From Armatimonadota bacterium (lineage in GTDB: Bacteria > Armatimonadota > SYMT01): a stretch of 64,000 nucleotides of DNA. The stretch spans positions 256,001-320,000 of the forward strand of contig JAWLHY010000003.1 of NCBI GenBank assembly GCA_041690135.1, written 5' to 3'. Numbering within the stretch: position 1 is the stretch's first letter; every line of letters begins with the position of its first letter. Of the stretch, positions 42,080 to 51,364 are shown one piece after another. The notes below the pieces were generated by a model that made no database searches, was not told the origin of the DNA, and worked only from the letters and a program-made list of their open reading frames with translations. The translations under genes were made by a program, and so were the position numbers.

Positions 42080-43141
42080 CTACCCACCCGGAGGGGGAGC
42101 GGGGACGCCTTCGCCTCCCGCACCGGCCGGCACCACGCCCGGTGCACCCGGAGCACCGCCCGGACCGGCGGCCATCTGGGTCTGGATCGACTTGTACTCC
42201 GGCCGGTTGACGTCGACCTTCGCCTGCTGGAAGGCCTGCATCAACGCGCGCTGGTTCTCACCGATCTTGCCGGTCTCGCGCGCCTTCTGTTCCACCAGGG
42301 CGGCCTCGATCATGTCCGCCACGTCCTCGAAGCGCGGCTCCTTCTTCTCGGTCCGCTTCTCCAGGCGGGCGACCACCCAGGTAGCACCGACCTTTACCGG
42401 CGGGGTGGTCTCGCTTTCCTTCAGCTTGAAGGCGGCATCCACCACTTCCTGGGCGACCGGTCCACCCTGGCCTACCTCGCGCGGCAGGGTGCCGGGCACG
42501 CGCCCGCCTTCCTGGGCGAAGCGGTCTTTGGAGTGGGTCTGGGCCACCAGGGAAAAATTGGTGTTGCTGGCCAGGTCGGCCTGAACCTGCTTCAACTTCG
42601 CCGCGGAGTCGACGGTGATCTGCGAGATCTCGATCTGGTCCGGAATGCTGTACAGGTGCTTCTGCTTCTCGAACTCTTTCTTGAGCTCGGCTTCGGAGAT
42701 CGTGGTGCCGCGGTACAGCACGTTGTTCTGCACCATGCCGTTCAGGAGGTCGCGCTTGAAGTCGTCCAGCGCCAGGCCCTGCTGGCGGAGGCTATCCTCG
42801 AAGTTCATTCCCAGGAAGACGGCGCGGCGGCGGAAGGCATCCACGCGTGCTTCCAGTTCTTGCTGGCTGGGGTAAACGTTGAGCTTCTTCGCTTCCTGGG
42901 CGAACACCGTGCTCTGGATCCACTGGATCAGCACCTGGTAGCCCACGGTGCCCGCCTGGGGGCGGACCTGCCGGGCCGACTCGCACAGCTTCGCAAATTC
43001 CTTTTCGGTAAGAGACGTGCCGTTAACGGAGGCCACGGGCTTTGCACCGCATCCCGCGGTTGAGATTACCGCAGCCAGGCCAACAAAAAGGAGCGCAGCT
43101 CTCCAACGCGGGCGCGCTCCGGAAAGGATACCCATTCGCAT
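42080..43141 (-). CDS. PrsA/SurA-like parvulin peptidyl-prolyl isomerase lipoprotein
   Basis: Lipobox TAGC, VASVNG, SurA-N-like helices, FSLVAQTHSKD...GG, AAFKLK. Confidence 0.8.
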   Translation of the reverse strand: MRMGILSGARPRWRAALLFVGLAAVISTAGCGAKPVASVNGTSLTEKEFAKLCESARQVRPQAGTVGYQVLIQWIQSTVFAQEAKKLNVYPSQQELEARVDAFRRRAVFLGMNFEDSLRQQGLALDDFKRDLLNGMVQNNVLYRGTTISEAELKKEFEKQKHLYSIPDQIEISQITVDSAAKLKQVQADLASNTNFSLVAQTHSKDRFAQEGGRVPGTLPREVGQGGPVAQEVVDAAFKLKESETTPPVKVGATWVVARLEKRTEKKEPRFEDVADMIEAALVEQKARETGKIGENQRALMQAFQQAKVDVNRPEYKSIQTQMAAGPGGAPGAPGVVPAGAGGEGVPAPPPGG

Positions 43142-43145
43142 TTTC

Positions 43146-43925
43146 CTATCCGGTAAATAGATCACGGTCGGCAGATAGATACCCGCGGAGGCGCATCATC
43201 GCTTGCTGATGGAGCTGGAACACGCGGGACTCGGAGACCTTCAGGATCTTTCCAATCTCTTTGAAAGTCAGGCCTTCGTAGTAATATAACGAAAGAACGA
43301 GATGCTCGCGTTCCGGAAGTCGCTTCACCGCAACGGTGAGCGCCTGGCGCCGTTCGCGCTTCTCCACCGCCTGGGTGGTGTCGCCGGCCTGGGTCGTGTC
43401 CTCCACCGTGTCCACCACGCGCAGGGTGGCGTCCGGCTCGGAGGAAAACAGCATCTCGTCCAGGGAGAGCACCGAGGCCTGGGCGACATCCGATAGCATC
43501 TTGTGCAGCAGGTCGACGGATAAGCCGAGGTGTTCCGCGATCTCGTCGTCCGTGCCCGGCCGGCCCAGCCGGCTCTCCACCGCCGCGTAGGCGCGTTCCA
43601 GGCCCTTGATCTTGTCCCGGATGGAGCGCGGCGCCCAATCTTCCCCCCGCAGGAGTTCCAGAATGGCGCCCCGGATCAGGGCGATGGCGAAGGTTTCGAA
43701 CTTGACCTGACGGCTGGCGTCGAAGTTGTCTACTGCCCGGATGAGGCCGATGACGCCCGCACTGATGAGGTCTTCGCGGTCGAGGCTGGGGGGGACGCCG
43801 CCCGCGATGCGCCCGGCCGTGATCTTAACCAGGTAGCTGTAATTGCTGATGAGGGTCTCGCGGGCTCTGAGATCACCCCGGTGTTTGAAGCGATACCAGA
43901 TATCCTGGAGGCTTTCAGAGGCCAT
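43146..43925 (-). CDS. FliA/WhiG family (sigma28-type) sigma factor
   Basis: EDLISAGVIGLIRAVDNFD, KFETFA..LIRGAILELLRGEDWAPRS, LYYYEGLTFKEIG..L.VSESRVFQLH. Confidence 0.92.
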   Translation of the reverse strand: MASESLQDIWYRFKHRGDLRARETLISNYSYLVKITAGRIAGGVPPSLDREDLISAGVIGLIRAVDNFDASRQVKFETFAIALIRGAILELLRGEDWAPRSIRDKIKGLERAYAAVESRLGRPGTDDEIAEHLGLSVDLLHKMLSDVAQASVLSLDEMLFSSEPDATLRVVDTVEDTTQAGDTTQAVEKRERRQALTVAVKRLPEREHLVLSLYYYEGLTFKEIGKILKVSESRVFQLHQQAMMRLRGYLSADRDLFTG

Positions 43926-44109
43926 GCCAGCGCCTTCCACACCAGAGCCATTCCGCGGAGGCTCGAGGAGTTGGGGTCGGATGAAAGTAGACGGCGAAGG
44001 GGTCGCCTTGTTCTGCGCAGAGGGTGGATTGTAGCACGCGGATGGAGCCTTCGTCAACGTCGGGGAATTAAGCAGGCGTCCGGTCGGATCCGAATGAGGC
44101 AGCGGAACC

Positions 44110-44901
44110 TCAGTCGAACCGGGGCGGATCGGCGTCGGGAAGAAACTGGGACGGATCGGCCGCGGGGCGGGCGTGCCCGTTGAGGTGGTGCCGGGGCAAG
44201 TTCTCCTGCTCTTCTTCCTGTTCGATCAGGGCGTTGCGCACCACGGCGCTGGTTTCCGCCGTTTTCCGCTCGGGGGATTTAGGCGGTAGCGGGGCCGGTC
44301 GCAGGGTAGGAACGGGCACGGTTCCCGGCATCGGCTTTGTGCGCCGGATGAAGCCGAGAACCCAGGCGCCGCTGAGGAGACAGAACGCGCACCAGAAGGC
44401 GGCCAGGGGACCGGTCCACTGGAGCGAGAGAATCTCCGGCCGGGCGGTGGCGATCGCCCAGAGGGCCGCGGCGCCCAGCGCCTGGATTCCCAGGATCAGC
44501 ATGGTCAGGCCGGCGACCTGCGCGCCTCCCCCGGAAGACGGCGCCGTCGAGAGCGTTTCCGGTGGGCGTTGCGCGGAGACCTGGTCCAGGTAATCGGCTA
44601 CCGAGAGCAGGGCCTTCCCCAGCAGCCCGTCCGATTCTCCCTGTCGGGCCATCTCCACATAGAACGGGTCGAACAGGTGGGGGAATGGCGTGAGCGATTC
44701 GTGGAACTCGCGTCCGTTGGTGAGGCGTTCGCCGATCTCGCGCGCGGCCGCCAGCAGTTGCGGGTTGCGGCTATGCTGGCTGGCGATGCGCAGCGCCCGC
44801 AGCACATCAACCCCGGCGTCCAGCATGGCGCCGAGTTGGCGGGTGAAGATCGCCAGTTCCGCGGTCGAGACCTGGGTTCCATCGGTACCGGTCGGGGACA
44901 T
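44110..44901 (-). CDS. Type II secretion F / PilC-like single-domain membrane protein
   Basis: ELAIFTRQLGAMLDAGV...FDPFYVEMARQGESDGLL, then two TM segments and a Pro-rich tail. ATG 44901 with GAGGAG SD. Confidence 0.8.
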   Translation of the reverse strand: MSPTGTDGTQVSTAELAIFTRQLGAMLDAGVDVLRALRIASQHSRNPQLLAAAREIGERLTNGREFHESLTPFPHLFDPFYVEMARQGESDGLLGKALLSVADYLDQVSAQRPPETLSTAPSSGGGAQVAGLTMLILGIQALGAAALWAIATARPEILSLQWTGPLAAFWCAFCLLSGAWVLGFIRRTKPMPGTVPVPTLRPAPLPPKSPERKTAETSAVVRNALIEQEEEQENLPRHHLNGHARPAADPSQFLPDADPPRFD

Positions 44902-44978
44902 CCAGGGGCTCCTCAACAGATGGTTCCACGATTACTTAGATAACGGATGAGAGAGGGCCACGGTTCCTCGGATTGGCG

Positions 44979-46484
44979 CTATCGGGGCGGTGTCTCCTCC
45001 GTTAGCCAGCGAGCGATGGCCTGGAGGTGGATGGGATGTACTCCCCAGGCCGCCAGCCGGGGCAGGGGGTCCGGATAGTTGGCCAGGCAGTACGGCTCGC
45101 GTCCGGCGAGGACCACCGCCCGGGGGTGCCGGGAGAGCAGTGCCGAGATTGTGGCCGGCGGGCGCCCACCGGCGAAGGGTTGCTGGGGCATGGCCCACCA
45201 GAGGAGCTGCGGTGCTGCGATCAACTCCGGCTCCCGCCCTGTCTCCCAGGCCACCGCCTGAGCTGCCCAGCCTTCCTCTTGCAAGAGCGCTGCCAGCGCC
45301 GCGGCCGGCTCGCCGGCGCCGCTGACGAGCGTGGTCTGGTGCGGATCCCATCCGGCAGGCGGAGCGGGCGCCGGTTCAAGTTGCCCGCTCCGGTAGATAC
45401 GCAACGCCTCACGCGCCACCTGGGCTTCGAACTCACGGTAATCTTTGCCGCTTACGAGACCGGGCCGGGGCGCTGGGTCCCGCACGACGGTCGTGTATTC
45501 TCGCGCTCGCCGCACCCGCGCGGCGGACGCCGCCAGGCGCTCTTCGGTGAGGCGCCCGGAGCGCACGGCTTTACAGAGGGCGGTGTGCATCCGGGCCTGC
45601 GTCTCCTGAGTGTGGCAGACCAGCAGCATGTCCGCGCCGGCCTCAATCGCCAGCACGGCGGCCTCTTCCGGGCTCCAGTGGTCCGCAATTCCCCGCATCT
45701 CCAGGCAGTCGGTCACCACCAGTCCGTCGAAGCCCAGCTCCTCTCGCAGGATTCCGGTGAGGATGGGCCGCGAAAGCGTGGCGGGGAGGGCGGGGTCGAG
45801 CTGCGGGAACCGGATGTGGGTGGTCATCACCGCCAGGTCCTCCCGCGCGAGGGCGGCGCGGAACGGCACCAGTTCAACCGCCTCGAGCCGGGCGCGGCCC
45901 GCCGGCTGTACCGGCAGTTCCAGGTGGCTGTCCGCGTGCGTATCGCCGTGGCCGGGAAAGTGCTTCACTACCGGCAGCAGGCCGGCCTCCCGCAGGCCCG
46001 CGACCGCCGCGACCCCGTGACGGACGACCCGCTCGGGGTCCTCGCCGAACGAGCGGACTCCGATCACCGGGTTGCGCGGGTTGTTGTTCACGTCCAGCAC
46101 CGGGGCAAAATCGACGTCGATGCCCAGGGCCGCCAACTGCTCGCCGATCGACCGGTGGACGCGCCGGGTCAATTCCGGCCGATCGAGGCAGCCGAGCGCC
46201 ATGTTGCCGGGAAACACCATTCCCGGGAGGGGAAGGCGAGAGACGCGACCGCCTTCCTGGTCGATTCCGATGAGGGGCGGCGTAGAAGCCCGGCCGCGGA
46301 GCTGCTCCACCAGCGCGGCAATCTCCGCCGGGGCGCCCAGGTTCCGGTTGAACAGGACCAAGCCCCCCACGCCAAGTTCCTCGACCAGAAAGCGAGCGTG
46401 GTCGTTGTAGGTCCGGGGGGCCGGCTCGGGCGCTTCGCCCCAACCGCACCAGAGGAGTTGGGCTGCCAGACGTTCGAGTGTCAT
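44979..46484 (-). CDS. nagZ: GH3 beta-N-acetylhexosaminidase
   Basis: IDQEGGRV, KHFPGHGDTHADSH (NagZ consensus), VTDCLEM. Confidence 0.88.
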   Translation of the reverse strand: MTLERLAAQLLWCGWGEAPEPAPRTYNDHARFLVEELGVGGLVLFNRNLGAPAEIAALVEQLRGRASTPPLIGIDQEGGRVSRLPLPGMVFPGNMALGCLDRPELTRRVHRSIGEQLAALGIDVDFAPVLDVNNNPRNPVIGVRSFGEDPERVVRHGVAAVAGLREAGLLPVVKHFPGHGDTHADSHLELPVQPAGRARLEAVELVPFRAALAREDLAVMTTHIRFPQLDPALPATLSRPILTGILREELGFDGLVVTDCLEMRGIADHWSPEEAAVLAIEAGADMLLVCHTQETQARMHTALCKAVRSGRLTEERLAASAARVRRAREYTTVVRDPAPRPGLVSGKDYREFEAQVAREALRIYRSGQLEPAPAPPAGWDPHQTTLVSGAGEPAAALAALLQEEGWAAQAVAWETGREPELIAAPQLLWWAMPQQPFAGGRPPATISALLSRHPRAVVLAGREPYCLANYPDPLPRLAAWGVHPIHLQAIARWLTEETPPR

Positions 46485-47608
46485 GATGGATCTATCCTGC
46501 GCTGACGACCCAGGCCCGCACCGAAAACCCCGGCGGCCGCGGCGGCCCGGAAGAAAAGCGACTCCTCCGCCAGCGATCGCCCCATGGTAGTCAGAAAGGC
46601 GGCGTACGGCTCAAGCGCCGGCATTATCGGGTCCGGATCGGATACGGCCGTCGTATGTCCCCGCGAGCCCCACTCCGCCTGCGGGGATGCTTTGGGCGGG
46701 AACGGCAGCGTTACCGGGCACCGGAGACATTCCAGCAGCGTGCGAGTGTGATGGCTCAAGCCCTGGTGCCGCTCCCGCGGGTCGGCGGCACTCATTCGGG
46801 GAGTCAGGATCGCAAAGCCGCCCAGGGTATCCGCAGCGTGCAGCGCCTCCACCAGCGAGAGCCCGCTGAACCCGTACGCCGTTCCCGTTCCAACGTTGCC
46901 GGGCCCCTGTCCCACCACGACCATGTCGGCCCTGATAACTTCCGACGCCACGATCAGACCAGTATAGACGTTTACCGTCTCGAAGTCGCCCCCAAAGGAC
47001 TGCCCGGTCGAAACCGATGCCGTCAGCACACCGTCCTCGCGCAGGCGTGCCGCCAGCCGGCTGAACGAGACCGGCAGCGCGGCCGAATCGAGTTGCAGAT
47101 ACGCGATCCGGGCCTCCGGCCAGGCCGCCCGGGCCGCAAGTGCCACCGCGCCCACCTGGCTGTGCAACTCCGCGGCAACGACCGGCAGCCCCGCCAGCGA
47201 CTTGAAGTCGCGGACCGCGCCATGGTGCGGAGAAGCTTCCTCTTCGGCGGCCATCACCCGATGCTGGAGAGGGGTGTACCGCAGTTTCAGGATATGCCCC
47301 GCTTCCCGTCCGGGGAAGGAGGAGTGAGACGCGGACTGCACCTGGTCTTCAGAGCCAGAGCCCGCTACCGCAACGATAAAGTGCACGCCGCCCGTGCCCA
47401 GCCGGAGCTCGGCCGCCGTGGTGTTGAGCAGAACCCGGTCGCCGGGCCGGAGCGGCGCCCCGAGCAGGCTACCATAGGCGACTGCCCTCGCCGGCTGCCC
47501 TTCAATCTCCACCTCCCACTCCGAGCATCCCCCGCGAACCTCAAGACAGGCCCTAACGTGTGCTTCCCGCAGCGCCAGCTTGGAAGGCTCAGAAAGCATC
47601 TGTGCCAA
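46481..47608 (-). CDS. DUF3866 family protein
   Basis: LLNTTAAELRLGTGG, GHILKLRYTPLQ, ELHSQ, GQSFGGDFETVN, GPGNVGTGT, ADPRERHQGLSHH. Confidence 0.8.
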   Translation of the reverse strand: MAQMLSEPSKLALREAHVRACLEVRGGCSEWEVEIEGQPARAVAYGSLLGAPLRPGDRVLLNTTAAELRLGTGGVHFIVAVAGSGSEDQVQSASHSSFPGREAGHILKLRYTPLQHRVMAAEEEASPHHGAVRDFKSLAGLPVVAAELHSQVGAVALAARAAWPEARIAYLQLDSAALPVSFSRLAARLREDGVLTASVSTGQSFGGDFETVNVYTGLIVASEVIRADMVVVGQGPGNVGTGTAYGFSGLSLVEALHAADTLGGFAILTPRMSAADPRERHQGLSHHTRTLLECLRCPVTLPFPPKASPQAEWGSRGHTTAVSDPDPIMPALEPYAAFLTTMGRSLAEESLFFRAAAAAGVFGAGLGRQRRIDPS

Positions 47609-47731
47609 CCCGCATAAAAGATGTTCCCCGGAGCAGGTAACAGATGGGTGGTACTCCTGGTGTCTTAGTACATTCCCCCAGGATTGGGGGCAGGGGGCCG
47701 AGAGAGCTCGTGGGTACGGCCTTCCTTCGCT

Positions 47732-48133
47732 TCAAAGCGGCAGCGTTCCTTCCACCGCGTGCAGCCAGGCCTGGAAACGGGCGGCAAGCCAGGCGTCTTG
47801 TTCCGGTGTGAGAAAGATCCAGCGGAACCCGGCGCGACCCCCGCCACTCCAAACGACCTCTGTCGCCAACACCTGGGTCGAGCCCTCCAGCTCATCCAGC
47901 AGGTTCAGCCGGTAGCGGTCGCCCGGCTTGACCGGCACCTCCAACTGGAGACAGATCCCCCCGCGGCTGATGTCGTAAACCGTAGCGGTCAGTCCGATCA
48001 CGGAGATGGGCGGGCCACCAGCCAGGCGGGGGGTCTGCCGGCGCTCGGCACCCTCGACTGTGGTTGCCGGTTCGTTGGAAACGAGCGGACCAAGGGGCGT
48101 TCGGTCCTCGGGTTGGGGTGCTGCGGATGACAT
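47732..48133 (-). CDS. Stand-alone PilZ domain protein
   Basis: c-di-GMP motifs RRQTPR (RxxxR) and DISRGG (DxSxxG). Confidence 0.85.
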   Translation of the reverse strand: MSSAAPQPEDRTPLGPLVSNEPATTVEGAERRQTPRLAGGPPISVIGLTATVYDISRGGICLQLEVPVKPGDRYRLNLLDELEGSTQVLATEVVWSGGGRAGFRWIFLTPEQDAWLAARFQAWLHAVEGTLPL

Positions 48134-48191
48134 CGGGGAACCTCACCAAGCGGAGTGCGGAAACGGACCGGAATGGGGTCCTTCCCTCTTC

Positions 48192-49037
48192 TTATTCCAC
48201 CTTCGCGTCCACATTCACCGCCCCCGCGTCACCGTCCTTTCCTCTTCCAGGAAACAGGCTGCCTAGGGGCTGCCGCAGAAAGCGGAGCACTGCGTCCGCC
48301 GTCGCGTCCGGGTGGGAGAACTGGGCGGCATGCGCGGCCCCGGGGATCTGCACGTAGTACGCACGCGGCAGGGTTCGGGCCAGCTCCTTCCCCACGCGTT
48401 TCGGCACGATGGCATCCTTGGTTCCCTGGAGCAGGAGGGTGGGGCTGCGGAGGCCTCGCGCGTGGCGAAAGGCATCGTCACGCTGCATCTCGCGCACCGT
48501 GAGTAGATAACGAGGGGGGCCCATCCGCCAGAAAACCTTGAGTAGTAACCGGTTATAAGGAAGGGGCTCGAGCAGGGAGTCGGCGGTCAGCCCCGTCAGG
48601 TTCCGCAGGGTCGAGACGTGCTTCCCTCCCGTGGTCGGACCCAGCAGCACGAGCCGCCGCACCCGCTCCGCATACCGATCCGCCAGCGCCAGGGCGATCT
48701 GCCCGCCCATGGAGTGCCCCATCACGTCCGCCGCCGGAACTTCTAGGCGTTCCCGCAGGCGTTCTGTCCAGTCGGCCAAGTCGCCGATACCCAGGATGCG
48801 TTCCGGCGGCTCACTGCGGCCGTGGGCAGGGAGCTCCGGGACGAGCACCGCCGGCGCGTCGGGTCGGCGGGCCAACTCGGCCACCAGCGGCTGCCACGTC
48901 TCCGCGCAGCAGGAAATGCCGTGTAGCAACAGGAGCGGCGGGCAGTCGCCCGCCTCCGGCCCTTCCGGCAGGCGACGGAAGAAGACCCGCCGTCCTTCCA
49001 ACTCCAACCAGCAGTCCTCAACCCGGCGCTCGCTCAT
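48192..49037 (-). CDS. Alpha/beta fold hydrolase
   Basis: LLLLHG, GHSMGG nucleophile elbow, GTKDAIV, GAAH. Start ATG 49037. Confidence 0.88.
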   Translation of the reverse strand: MSERRVEDCWLELEGRRVFFRRLPEGPEAGDCPPLLLLHGISCCAETWQPLVAELARRPDAPAVLVPELPAHGRSEPPERILGIGDLADWTERLRERLEVPAADVMGHSMGGQIALALADRYAERVRRLVLLGPTTGGKHVSTLRNLTGLTADSLLEPLPYNRLLLKVFWRMGPPRYLLTVREMQRDDAFRHARGLRSPTLLLQGTKDAIVPKRVGKELARTLPRAYYVQIPGAAHAAQFSHPDATADAVLRFLRQPLGSLFPGRGKDGDAGAVNVDAKVE

Positions 49038-49350
49038 GGATGGGTAATACCCACGGCGGGGGCACCCGCTTTCGCCGCTCGCTCTAACCGTAGGTCCTTG
49101 GCTCCGACCCGCGTGGGTTAACATTGGCGACTGCCACGCCGCAGGAAGGGGACTAACCTGCGCCCCCTGGAGGGAGCATGCCTCCGGGTGAGGCGGGGGC
49201 GGCACGCGGGTCGGCAGTGGGCTGGCATGAGTTCTCCTGAAGGCTACGGTTTTGCACCCACTCATCACCTTCAGGACAGGGCAACCAGAGCCGATGCCCC
49301 TACGGAACGGGTTTGCCAAACGGATGCTGACCGCAAAGTCAGCCCCCGCA

Positions 49351-49527
49351 CCCCGGCCCCTGGCCCCTCACCCCTGAACCTGTTCCATTGATCCTGGTCC
49401 CCATCTACATGGGCCACAGGCCCGGCATCCTTCCACCGTCAGAAGCCCGCACTCCTTATCCTAATCGTAATCCTCATCTTAATCGGCCGCAGGCCCCGGC
49501 CCCTGGCCCCTAACCCCTGGCCCCCAG
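49351..49527. repeat. C-rich heptamer arrays (CCCCTGG-like) flanking a hexamer array
   Basis: ccccggcccctggcccctcacccctga (49351), ctccttatcctaatcgtaatcctcatcttaatc (49452), ggccccggcccctggcccctaacccctggccccc (49492). Confidence 0.6.
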
Positions 49528-50445
49528 TCCCTGCATGATTCCCTCCACTTCGGCCAACTCCGCCTCGCTCAGCTTCCAGTTCACGGCGGCGGCATTGGCC
49601 CGCACCTGCTCCGGGCGGGTGGCGCCGGCGATGACGGAGGCCACGACCCGCTGCCGCACCAGCCAGGAGAAGGCGAGCTCCAGAAGGGTGTGCCCCTGGG
49701 CTTCCGCAAAGGCGATCAGCGCTTCCACTTTGGCCAGGTTCTCCTCACTCAACCAGCGGGCGTAGCGATCCTCGGAGAGACGGCTCTTCTCGGGGGCCGA
49801 CTGACCCTGGCGGTACTTGCCGGTCAGGAGACCGCTTGCCAGCGGGAAGTACGGTAAGAAGGCGAGACCGGTCCGCTCGCATTCCGCCAGCACGCCATTC
49901 TCCTCGGGTTCGCGGCGGAAGAGGCTGTATTCATTCTGCACGCTCACGAATCGGGCCGCTCCAGAGCCTACCGCCGCTTCGGCCTCCCGGAGCTGCTCCA
50001 CCGAGAAGTTGGAGCAGCCGATCTCCCGCACCTTGCCCGCCTGCACCAGCTCGTTCAGCGCCCCCAGGGTATCCGCGATCGGTACGGTGGGGTCCGGCTG
50101 GTGAAGCTGGTAAAGATCGATCCGGTCGGTGTTCAGCCGCCGCAGGCTGTCCTCCACGGCCTGGCGGATATACTCCGGACGGGCACCCTTCCGCTGGGGA
50201 TCGACTTCCATCCCGAACTTGGTGGCGAGGACCACCTGGTCGCGTCGCCCCGCCAGCGCCCGTCCCAGGAATACCTCGCTCTGCGTTTTGCCGTAGATGT
50301 CCGCCGTGTCCAAGAAGTTGATCCCCGCCTCGAGTGTGGCATCCACCACCCGCGCGGTCGCCTCGGCATCCAGGCGCGCCCCGAAGTTGTTGCACCCGAG
50401 GCCCACCAGAGTGACTTCCAGCGATCCGATCCGTCGTTTTTCCAT
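49510..50445 (-). CDS. Aldo/keto reductase
   Basis: GLGCNNFG, DTADIYG, LATKFG, IDLYQLH, GCSNF, PYFPLASGLLTGKY. Confidence 0.92.
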   Translation of the reverse strand: MEKRRIGSLEVTLVGLGCNNFGARLDAEATARVVDATLEAGINFLDTADIYGKTQSEVFLGRALAGRRDQVVLATKFGMEVDPQRKGARPEYIRQAVEDSLRRLNTDRIDLYQLHQPDPTVPIADTLGALNELVQAGKVREIGCSNFSVEQLREAEAAVGSGAARFVSVQNEYSLFRREPEENGVLAECERTGLAFLPYFPLASGLLTGKYRQGQSAPEKSRLSEDRYARWLSEENLAKVEALIAFAEAQGHTLLELAFSWLVRQRVVASVIAGATRPEQVRANAAAVNWKLSEAELAEVEGIMQGLGARG

Positions 50446-50716
50446 GCGTCTCTCCCGTCGGTGCCGGGATCGGTTCCGTGCGTCCCCGGAGCAGGCAGCG
50501 GGGAGCTTTCCGGCACCGCTACGCATTGTACGGTACCGGCCGCGCGGCCGCCGCTGCAATCCTTTCGCAGCATGATCTCAGCACGGCTTAGCGAAAAGAT
50601 TGTGGACACTCCTGCCGGGGCAGAGTCTCTAAAGCGGTATAAGTTGTACCGATTATGCTTCTTTGGTTGGCCGGCAGGAACCGGGGCAAGGGAAGCATGG
50701 ATCCAGGAGACTTGCC

Positions 50717-51364
50717 ATGAACGCCCGGTATTGGACGGCTGCCTGTCTGATGATGTCCGTCGGCGCCCTCGTTGCGTCCGCCATTCCAGGCGCCTCTGCT
50801 CCGCGGCCAAAACAGCGCGCCAGCTCGAAGAAGACCGGAGTGATTCGGAAGCCGCGACCCAAGCCCCGGAACGCCGTCGCCCCGAAGAGCGCCGCGGCTG
50901 GGAAGAACGGAGCTCCGGCGAAGCCGACGACGCGCGCGATGGCGCCGGACGAGGCGCGGATGGCCGTGGAGATGCTGGGCGACGCGTATGACCTGCTGCT
51001 GACCGAGACGCACGAGGTGTACCACACCCGGCCGAACGTGCCGGTGGCGGCCACGGTGATTCGGAAGGTTCAGGCGAAAATGTCGGCGCTGGGCTGGCCG
51101 CGGTCCCGCTTTCTCGCCGTGAACGCGATCGTAATGCACCCGGACCACGTGGCCCGCGACGACTTCGAACGCGAAACGGTGGAGGCGCTGCGGCTCAAGA
51201 ACCAGCGCATCGAGCGGGTGGTGGACGGTGAACTGCGCGTAGCCACGGTGGTTCCGTTGGGTGGAGGCTGCTCCTCCTGCCACTGGACCCCCAGCGGGCA
51301 ATCCAGCAAGGCAGCGACGACCTGGACCGTGCCGCTGCTCAAGAATCCGAGGCCGGGCCAATGA
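50717..51364 (+). CDS. Exported DUF3365-like c-type heme protein
   Basis: Signal peptide, Lys/Pro/Ala linker, DDFERETVEAL, and C-terminal CSSCH (CxxCH). Confidence 0.7.
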   Translation: MNARYWTAACLMMSVGALVASAIPGASAPRPKQRASSKKTGVIRKPRPKPRNAVAPKSAAAGKNGAPAKPTTRAMAPDEARMAVEMLGDAYDLLLTETHEVYHTRPNVPVAATVIRKVQAKMSALGWPRSRFLAVNAIVMHPDHVARDDFERETVEALRLKNQRIERVVDGELRVATVVPLGGGCSSCHWTPSGQSSKAATTWTVPLLKNPRPGQ

